Origin: Chiloscyllium plagiosum
Lineage: Eukaryota
DNA: 44,961 bases
Direction of reading: 5' to 3'
Assembly: GCF_004010195.1 (NCBI RefSeq)
Contig: NC_057719.1
Span: forward strand, 90,440,515 to 90,485,475
Part shown: positions 36,462 to 44,961 of the stretch, piece by piece
Layout of the letters: each line of letters opens with the position of its first letter
Numbering within the stretch: the stretch's first letter is position 1
The notes under the pieces: generated by a model
Seen by the model: the letters and a program-made list of their open reading frames with translations, nothing else
What the model was told of the DNA's origin: nothing
The model's database searches: none
Made by a program: the position numbers and the translations under genes

Positions 36462-36757
36462 GGCAGTGTGGTGGCTCAGCAGTTAGCACTGCAGCACCAG
36501 AGACCTGGCTTCAATTCCTGCCTCGGGGGACTGTCTGTGTGGAGTTTGCACATTCTCCCCGTGTCTGCGTGGGTTTCCTCCGGGTGCTCTGGTTTCCTCC
36601 GACAGTCCAAAAATGTGCAGGTCAGGTGGATTGGCCTTGTTAAATGTAGGATTATGGGGATAAAGTGAGGATCTGGGTCTGAGTGGGACGCTCTTCAAAG
36701 GGTCAGTGCAGAATCGATGGGCCGAATGATCTCCCTTCCGCACCGTAGGGGTTCAAT
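36462..36757 (+). mobile_element. HE1-like SINE
   Basis: A and B boxes, core ggtttcctcc..agtccaaaaatgtgcagg, diverged tail. Confidence 0.88.
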
Positions 36758-37869
36758 GACCATAACACATACAATATTGTAAATACTTGCATGATCACAA
36801 ATATGTGTAAAGCAACTCAAACTCAGGGGATTTAAACATCAAAATGAATGGCCCAGCAGGATGCGGAGGTTATTTCACTGATCACCCCACCAACCCCTGT
36901 GCCTCTGTTTCACCAGTCTACAGTCTAGTTTTGCCTCTCACTCCTTTCAATTTGTGCCAGAGGTGGAGTTTCCCATTTGACCACATCTAGAGGGACCCTT
37001 TGATGCTGCATGGGTATCCTTTTTGGATAACCCTAATGTTATCCACTGGGTATACTGACCCCCTATGTATCCTGAAAACCATTGTATTTCTATCTGGTTA
37101 CATCTGCCCACAGTCATCTGAGACTAGGTATGCCTCACGGCACCCACAGCTGGCACAGCTTCATGAGATTATCATGAGTGCTCATGGCACTTAAGTCGAC
37201 ATTTATGTTCCAACAACCAGGCACATATATAATGTGAATGGCGGTGGACAATTAAACAACCTGTTGGAGGAGCAGGCTCAGAAACATTCCCACCATCAAT
37301 GATGGAAGGGCCAAGCACATCAGTGCAAAAGATAAGGCTGAAGCATTTACTGCCGATCTTCAGCCAGAAGTGGCTGAGTGGATGATTCATTTCAGTTTCC
37401 TCGAAAGGTCCCCAGCATCACAGATACCAGTCTTCAGCCAAATCGATGCGCTCCACATGATATCAAGAAATGGTTGGAGGCACTGGATACTGCAAAGACA
37501 TTCCAACAAGAATACTGAAGATGTATGCTCCAGAACTTGTCGCAACTCTAGTCAAGCTGCTCCAGTACAGTTATAACACTAGCATTGACCCCACAATGTG
37601 AAAAATTGCCAAGATATGTCCTGTGCACAAGAAGCAAGACAAATTGCCACCCCATCAGTTTACTCTCGATCATCAATACTGTGATGAAAGGTGTCTTCAA
37701 CAGTGCTATCAAGCAGCATCTGCTCAGCAGTAGCCTCCCCTCTTGACACCCAGTTTAGATTCTGCCAGGACCTCTCAGCTCCTGACCTCATTACAGCCTT
37801 CTTTCAAACACCATGTTGACACCATCCAGGACAAAGCTGCCTGCTTGATTAGCACCACAGCCATAAATA

Positions 37870-37994
37870 TGAAGAAGGGCTTTTGCCCGAAATGTTGATT
37901 TTCCTGCTCCTCGGATGCTGCCTGACCTGCCGTGCTTTTCTAGCACTCCTCTAATCTTGACTCTAATCTCCAGCATTTGCAGTACCCACTTCTG
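37870..37994 (+). mobile_element. Penelope terminal-repeat short element starting inside the hammerhead core
   Basis: TGAAGA AGGGC tttt GCCC GAAA tgtt. Imperfect 16-bp flanking duplication ccacagccataaatat / ccacatccatacatat. Confidence 0.8.
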
Positions 37995-38087
37995 CCACAT
38001 CCATACATATACACTCCCTCCACCAACAATGCTGGGTAGCAACAGTGTGTACCACCTACAAGATGCACTACAGAAATTCACCATAGA

Positions 38088-38366
38088 TCAGAGACCTGGG
38101 TTCAATTCCCGCCTCAGGCGACTGACTGTGTGGAGTTTGCACATTCTCCCCGTGTCTGCGTGGGTTTCCTCCGGGTGCTCCGGTTTTCTCCCACAGTCCA
38201 AAAATGTGCAGGTTAGGTGAATTGGCCGCGCTAAATTGCCTGTAGTGTTAGGTGCAGGGGTAAATGTAGGAGAATGGGTCTGGGTGGGTGCGCTTCGGCG
38301 GGTCGGTGTGGACTTGTTGGGCCGAAGGGCCTGTTTCCACACTGTAAGTAATCTAATCTAATCTAA
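38088..38366 (+). mobile_element. HE1-like SINE (young subfamily, lacking the A box)
   Basis: B box gggttcaattcc, core, tail, (taatc)3. Confidence 0.9.
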
Positions 38367-38368
38367 CC

Positions 38369-38678
38369 AGGCAGCAGGTTGGCTCAGTGGTTAGCAATGC
38401 TGCCTCACAGTACCAGGAACCCAGGTTCGATTCCAGTGTCGGACGACTGTCTGTGTGGAGTTTGCACGTTCTCCCCTTGTCTGCATGGGTTTTCTCCCAC
38501 ATTCCAAAAGATGTGCAGGTTAGATGGATTGGCTGTGCTAAATTGCACATAGTGTTAGGTGCATTAGTCAGGGGTAAGTGTACGGAAATGAGTCTGGGTG
38601 GATTACTGTTTGGAGGGTCAGTGTGGATTTGTTGAGCTGAAGGGCTTGTTTCCATACTGTAGGGAATCTAATCTAATC
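38369..38678 (+). mobile_element. HE1-like SINE, full length, in tandem with the previous copy
   Basis: A and B boxes, core, tail. Confidence 0.9.
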
Positions 38679-39294
38679 CTTAGACAGGATCTTCCAAACC
38701 CATGACCACTTCCATCTAGAAGGACAAGGGCAGCACGGATATGGGAACACTATCGCCTACAAGCACCCCGCCAAGCCACACACCACCTGGACTTGGAAAT
38801 ATATTGCCATTCCTTCACTATTCATTAGAATGAGGAACCTGCAATAGGGTAGTTAAAGAAAATGACATAGGTGCATTTAATGGAAAATTAGATAAGTAAT
38901 GAGGAAGAAAGGAATAGAAATCTGGATGAAAGTGGATGAGGAGATGTGCAAGGAGATCTATGTGGAGCCGAATTGCACTGGGGACCAGTTAAGCAGTCCT
39001 TCTCTCTATGTTGAGCGGTCTCAGAAATACACAGACCAATGCTATTCATACCCAGCTTTCAAACACACACATCCTCATCAGGGCTCCAGCAGGTAGAGCA
39101 GCCTTGGTCAATCTTTTTCTTCCTTCTCTGCCTGGCTGATATCAGCTAACTTGACCCACGTTAGAGACTGAGCCGAGCATCTTTCTCATCGATTGATCAC
39201 TCAACAACAACTTACGTTCAGAAAGCAACCTTGATGTGGTGGAAAACCCTGGGGGTTCGAAGAAGAATTTTAAAGAGGAAGAGAGAGTTTTACA

Positions 39295-41932
39295 TTGGGT
39301 TTCACAGGGGCAGGAATGGTTGCGAGATGTTCTAGGGTTTAGAACATTTAAAAAGAACAGGGAGGGTGGAAAAAGAGGAGGGGGTGAATCACAGCTACAA
39401 AAACGAAGGTTGTTGAGGAAGGTTTGTCTACTGAGTCAGTATGGGTGGAAGTTAGGGACAGCAAGGGAGCAGCCACCTCATTGGGGGTTTTCTGCAGACT
39501 CCCTACTAGAGGTAGGGAGATTGAAGAACTCATAGGCCGGCAGATTCTGGAAAAATGCAGATGTAGCAGGGTTGTTGTTATGAATGATTTCAACTTTCCC
39601 AATATCAACTGGAACTCCTTAGTGCAGATGGTTTAGATGGAGCCGTTTTTGTCAGGTGTGTTCAGGAGTATGTAGTCAGGCCGACGAGGTGAGAGGCCAT
39701 TTTTGATTTGGTGCTTGGCAATGAACCAGGACAAGTGTCAGATCTCGCGGTGGGATAACACTTAGGTGACAGTGACCACAACTGCCTCACATTTACCATA
39801 GCCTTGGAGAGGAAATGGAGCAGTTACCAAATGAAGATATTTAATTGGGGAAAAGGAAATTATGACGCGATCAAACAGGAGTTGGGAAGTACAGACTAGG
39901 AGAATTGTTCCACAGAAAGGGCATAGCAGACATGTGGAGACTATTTAAGGAGCAGTTGTTGCGAGTGATGCATGAATTTGTTCGTCTGAGACAGGTAAGA
40001 AGGGGTAAGATTAAAGAACCTTAAGTGACCAGAACAGAGGAGCTTCTCGTCAAAAGAAAGAAAGCAGTTTACGTAAGGTGGAGGAAGCAAGGGTCTAGCA
40101 CAGCTTTAGAGGATTACAGGCTTGCTAGAAAGGAGCTCAGTAATGGACTGAGGAGAGCCAGGAGGGGGCACGAAAAAGGCTTGACAGGAAGGATTAGGGA
40201 GAACCCAAAGGCATTTTACTCATACGTGAAGAATATGAGAATGATCGATAGGGCCGATCAGGGATAGTGTAGGGAACATGTGCGTAGAGTCTGAGTAGAT
40301 AGGGGAAGCCCTAAATGAGTTTTTTGCTTCCGTTTTCACGAAGGAAAGGGACCTTGTTGTGAATGAGAACTATCAGGAGCTGCGAAAGATGCTTGAACAG
40401 ATCAAGATTGATGAAGTTGATGTACTGGAAATTTTGTCAAATATTAAGATTGACAAGTCCCCAGGGCCAGACCAGATTTATCCTAATTTGGAGATGTCGT
40501 TTATCCGGGAAGCGAGAAAGGAGGTTGCTAAGCCGCTGGTGAAGATCTTTGCTTCCTCACTCTCCACGGGAGTTGTACGGGACAACTGGAAGGAGGCAAA
40601 TGCTGTTCCTCTTTTCAAGAAGGGGAAGAGGGAAATCCCTGGCAATTACAGACCGGTCAGTCTTACATCTGTGGTCAGCAAGGTTTTGGAAAGAATTCTG
40701 AGGGATAGGATTTATGACTATTTGGAAAAGCGTAGTGTGATTAAAGGCAGTCAGCATGGCTTTGTGAGGGGTGGGTCATACCTCACTAATCTTACTGAGT
40801 TCTTTGAGGAGGTGACAAGACAGATCGACAAAGGTTGAGCAGTGGATGTGGTGTATATGGACTTCAGCAAGGCATTTGACAGGGTTCCCCATGGTAGGCT
40901 CATTCATAAAGTCAGGAGGTATGGGATACAGAGAGATTTGGCTATCTGGATTCAGAATTGGTTGGCTGACAGAAGGCAGAGAGTGGTTGTAGATGGAATG
41001 TATTCTGTCTGGAGGTCAGTGTTGAGTACTATCCCGCAGGGCTCTGTTCTTGGGCCTCTGCTCATTATAGTTTTTATAAATGACTTGGATGAGGAGGTTG
41101 AGGGGTAGGTACTAAATTTGTGGATGACACAAAGGTTGGAGGTATCGTTGATAGTATCGAGGGCTATTGCAGGCTGCATTGCAACATAGACAGGATGCAG
41201 AGCTGGGCTGAGAAATGGCAGATGGAGTTCAACCTGGATAAATGTGAAGTGATGCATTTTGGAAGGTTGGTCTCAAATCCTGAATCTCGGATTAAAGACA
41301 GGATTCTTGGCAGTGTGGAGGAACAAAGGGATCTTGGTGTTCAAGTGCATAGATTCCTCAAAGTTGCCACCCAAGTGGATAGGGTTGTTAAGAAAGCATA
41401 TGGTGTTTTGGCTTTCATCAACAGGGGGATCAAGTTTAAGAGTCGCAAGTTTTGCTGCAGCTCCACAAGTCCCTGGTGAGACCACATTTGGAATATTATG
41501 TCCAGTTCTGGTCGCCCTACTATAGGTAATATATAGAGGCTTTGGAAAGGGTCAAAAAAGGTTTACCAGGATGCTGCCTGGACTGGAGGGCTTGTCTTAT
41601 GAAGAGAGGTTGACTAAGCTCAGAGAGGAGAAAGAGAGGTGACCTGATTGAGGTATACAAGGTAATGAGAAGCATGGATAGAGTCAATAGCCAAAGACTT
41701 TTCCCCAGGGCAGGATTGACTGGCACGAGGGGTCATAGTCTTAAGATATTAGGGGAAAGGTATAGAGGAAGGTTCTTTACACAGAGAGTTGTGAATGCAT
41801 GGAGTGTGTTGCCAGCGGTGGTGGTGGAAGCAGAGTCATTAGGGACATTTAAGCGATTGCTGGACATGCACATAGATAGCAGTGAGTTGAGGGATTAATC
41901 CTCAGCACAACATCGTATTTTTCTATGTTCTA
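39295..41932 (+). mobile_element. CR1 LINE, near-complete decayed ORF2 (endonuclease to 3' end)
   Basis: NDFNFPNINW, ENPKAFYSY, PGNYRPVSLTS, SQHGF, YMDFSKAFD, PQGSVLGP, KFVDD, WQMEFN, FFTQRVVNAW; ends ttctatgttcta. Stops and frameshifts throughout. Confidence 0.95.
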
Positions 41933-42034
41933 TTACAAGGAGCTGAGAGCTGAGGACATGGGCAGATGAAAATGGCTGGAATTGAGGGGAGGGGGCACAG
42001 AAAACTGTAAATCTGGAAGAGGCAACAAAGAATT

Positions 42035-42371
42035 AGAATCATGACAGTGTGGAAACAGGCTCTTCGGCCCAACAAGTTCACACTGACCCTCTGAAGAGTA
42101 TCCCACCCAGATCCATTCCCCTACCCTACATTTACCCCTGACTAACTCACCTTATCTATACATCCCTGAACGCTGTGGACAATTTAGCATGGCCAATTCA
42201 CCTGACCTGCACATCTTTGGACTGTGGAAGGAAACTGGAGGACCCAGAGGAAACTCATGCAGACACGGGGAGAATGCAAAAACTCCACACAGACAGTCAC
42301 CCAAGGCTGGAATCAAACCTGGGTCCCTGGCGCTGTGAGGCAGCAGTGCGAACCACTGAGCCACCGTGCCA
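42035..42371 (-). mobile_element. HE1-like SINE, full length
   Basis: Minus strand begins gtggcacggtggctcagtgg; core and tail present. Confidence 0.92.
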
Positions 42372-43039
42372 CCCCAAGAAGGGCATGTTCACCAAGCAGT
42401 CAGGAAAATTCAAGATTGACATTTTGAAAGAATGAATTTTAAGGCTGAATATTATTTTCTGTTTAAATCCCAGATCTCCATCATTTACATTGGTTAGAAA
42501 ATCACTGTATGATCACGATGGAGAAATGTAACGAATCTCATGTTTACATGACATGTCTTTGTGTACAAAATAAGTCACTTGTTTTGCCATTGATATTGTC
42601 TCCATAGCTGGTTGTACTGGTAAGAGTCTGTCTTTCAGTCCTCCACTTGACTTAGCTTTTGCTGACTCATATTACATTTCATAAATATTGAAGTAAATGG
42701 TTATTTCCGTACTGGCCAATCTTAGTGTCAACCTTGGAGACACTCGATACTATTTCCTGCTGTTACCAGACAGCACGTGAAGGGCCCTAAACATTTACAC
42801 CTGACCTCTCGATCAACGCTTCCATACCACATCACTTAATTGGAAAACAAGACATTAGTAGGTGCCTTGATGGTTTCTGAGAATGTCGAGTGCTATGAAT
42901 TCTTAGTCCATTCCCTGCTCATGAATTTGCATTTTTGGAGTGTAATGAAAATACTGAAATAAAATGAGAAGCCGAAGAACAACTGTTCTTTTGATGTACT
43001 TTTTGCAAGACTTCAAACATTTGTTTCATGTTGAGGGGC

Positions 43040-43125
43040 TTGGTTGTGGCAGAGTGGTAGTGCCCCTTCCTCTGGGTTCAAGCCCCACCTGCTCCAGAGG
43101 TACAGGTTTATTTAGAAAAATATCT
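43040..43125 (+). mobile_element. Short tRNA-derived SINE-like relic
   Basis: A box tggcagagtgg, B box gggttcaagccc; related pieces at about 30225-30315 and 20720-20805 (minus). Confidence 0.5.
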
Positions 43126-43387
43126 AGTTTCTTGTTTGGTGGTGGGTTAATAATGAAAATAAAGTGAGATTCTTGGGGGCTGGAGTGCATTATGACCCTC
43201 TCCAGTACTCTTTCCATTCAGGTTAAGTGCATGTTTCACCCACTTTTATGGATTTGTCATTGCCACACTGGTAGGCAACACTTGTTAGTGATTCCTTGTT
43301 TAATTGTTTAAATTAGTTAATTTGGTCATGGGTTTATGAAAAAGAGTTTGGTTCTGGAAGCCTTCAGAGAAAAGTGGGCATTGTGAG

Positions 43388-43540
43388 ATACATTATCTCC
43401 CTCGAAGAGAAAATGAGGTCTGCAGATGCTGGAGATCAGAGATGGAAATGTGTTGCTGGAGAAGCGCAGCAGGTCAGGCAGCATCTAGGGAACAGGAGAA
43501 TCGACGTTTCGGGCATTAGCCCTTCTTCAGGAATGAGGAA
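43388..43540 (-). mobile_element. Penelope terminal-repeat short element with an intact hammerhead core (43499-43534)
   Basis: AUUC CUGAAGA A GGGC uaau GCCC GAAA CGUC GAUU followed by gatgctgcctgacctgctg..ccagcatctgcagacctc. Confidence 0.85.
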
Positions 43541-43589
43541 AGTTTGTCCCTCACCAATTCAATTCTGATTTAACCCCTTCTTCTTTCCC

Positions 43590-43619
43590 TCCCTTCCTTC
43601 CTTCCTTCCTTCCTTCCTT
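43590..43619. repeat. (CTTC)n microsatellite
   Basis: About 7 tandem cttc units. Confidence 0.9.
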
Positions 43620-43812
43620 GTTAAAGTGGTTTGTATTTGTTGATTGTTATTTGTTTTAGCTGGTTAATTGGCTAACATACTGATGGGTCTTCAAAAACAA
43701 AATTAAATTTGTTCAGTCCACACTTGGAGTACTGCATACCATTAGTCCGGTTATGAGAAGGATGTATTAAACTGGAAATGTGCAAAAAATATTTACAAGG
43801 ATGTTGCACGGC

Positions 43813-44007
43813 TGGAGTGGCATGTTGGATCTGTGGTTAGCTCTGCTGCCTCACAGCGCCAGGGACTCAGGTTCCATTCAACCCTCGGGCAACTGTTTGT
43901 GCAGAGTTTGCACATTCTCCCCGTGTCTGTGTGGGTTTCCTCCGGGTGCTCTGGTTTCCTCCACAATCCAAAAGATGTGCAGGTTAGGTGAATTGGCCAT
44001 GCTAAAT
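43813..44007 (+). mobile_element. HE1-like SINE, 3'-truncated
   Basis: Head and core present; tail absent. Confidence 0.85.
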
Positions 44008-44961
44008 AGCCTCCACCACTTCCTTTGGCAGCTCAACACATACCTGTACCACTCTCTGCGTGAAAACGTTACCCCTTAGGTCCCTTTAATATCTTTCCCC
44101 TCTCACCCTGAACCCATGCCCCTCTAGTTCTGGACTCCCTGACCCCAAGGAAAAGACTTTGTCTATTTACCCTACCCATGACCCTCATGATTTTATAAAC
44201 CTCTATAAGGTCACCCCTCCAGTGAAAACAGCCTAGCCTATTCAACCTCTCTTTAAAGCTCAAATCCTCCAACCCTGGCAACATCCTTGTAAATCTTTTC
44301 TACATCTTTTCAAGTTTTACAACATCTTTCCGATAGGAAGGAGATCAGAATTGCACACAAAACGTGGCCTAACCAATGTCCTGTACAGCTGCAACATGAC
44401 CTCCCAACTCCTGTACTCAATACTTAGACCAATAAAGGAAAGCATACCAAACACCTCCTTCGCTATCCTATCTACCTGCGACTCCACTTTTACGGAGCTA
44501 TGAACCTGCACTCCAAGGTCTCATTGTTCAGCAACACTCCCTAGGACCTTACCACTAAGTGTAAAAGTCCTGCGAAGATTTGCTTTCCCAAACTGCAGCA
44601 CCTCACATTATCTAAGTTAAACTCTATCTGCCACTCCTCAGCCCCTTGGCCCATGTGACTAAGATCCTGTTGTAATCCGAGGTAACCTGTCCACTACACC
44701 TCCAATTTTGGTGTCATCTGCAAACTTACTAACTATTACCTCTTGCGCTCACATTCAAATCATTTATATAAATGATGAAAAGTACTGGACCCAGCACCAA
44801 TCCTTGTGGCACTCCCCTGGTCACAGGCCTCCAGTGTGAAAAACAACCCTCCACCACCACCATTTATATAAATGATGAAAAGTACTGGACCCAGCACCAA
44901 TCCTTGTGGCACTCCCCTGGTCACAGGCCTCCAGTGTGAAAAACAACCCTCCACCACCACC
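44008..44961 (-). mobile_element. CR1 LINE RT and C-terminal fragment
   Basis: Encodes [42 protein letters not shown]. Confidence 0.92.
44761..44960. repeat. Exact 100-bp tandem duplication
   Basis: 44761-44860 is identical to 44861-44960. Confidence 0.97.

Larger units (their letters stand above)
37172..38825 (+). mobile_element. LINE family B ORF2 and 3' relic with nested insertions
   Basis: Encodes WTIKQ, CPVHKKQDK, PISLLSII, APDLITA, DTIQDKAA; resumes at 38680 after two SINEs. Confidence 0.75.

Noticed and set aside
36108..36668. 186-aa hydrophobic ORF
   Set aside because: Its last third is SINE sequence and the rest shows no recognisable domain; likely chance.

Overview
Repeat-dense eukaryotic DNA. 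The repeat families present (HE1/V-SINE-like SINEs, HER1/CR1-like LINEs) point to a cartilaginous fish (shark); this is inference. Two contigs are joined by a 500-N gap (23947-24446). I find no supportable intact host protein-coding gene; the recognisable ORFs are decayed transposon fragments. Contents: many CR1 LINE copies (one retaining its 5' UTR, esterase ORF1 and endonuclease; one near-complete ORF2), a second CR1-group LINE family, L2 relics, about ten HE1-like SINEs and a decayed Gypsy (Mag-like) LTR retrotransposon. There are also two Penelope-like (GIY-YIG) families. The most interesting signal is that both carry minimal type-I hammerhead ribozyme cores (CUGANGA-helix II-GAAAC-GUC). 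One family's ribozyme-bearing terminus occurs as short protein-free insertions, including fold-back hairpin dimers, with target duplications of 15 to 56 bp. Candidate minus-strand exon-like segments in the left contig suggest a non-coding or decayed transcription unit (weak). Boundaries are read by eye and approximate unless stated exact.
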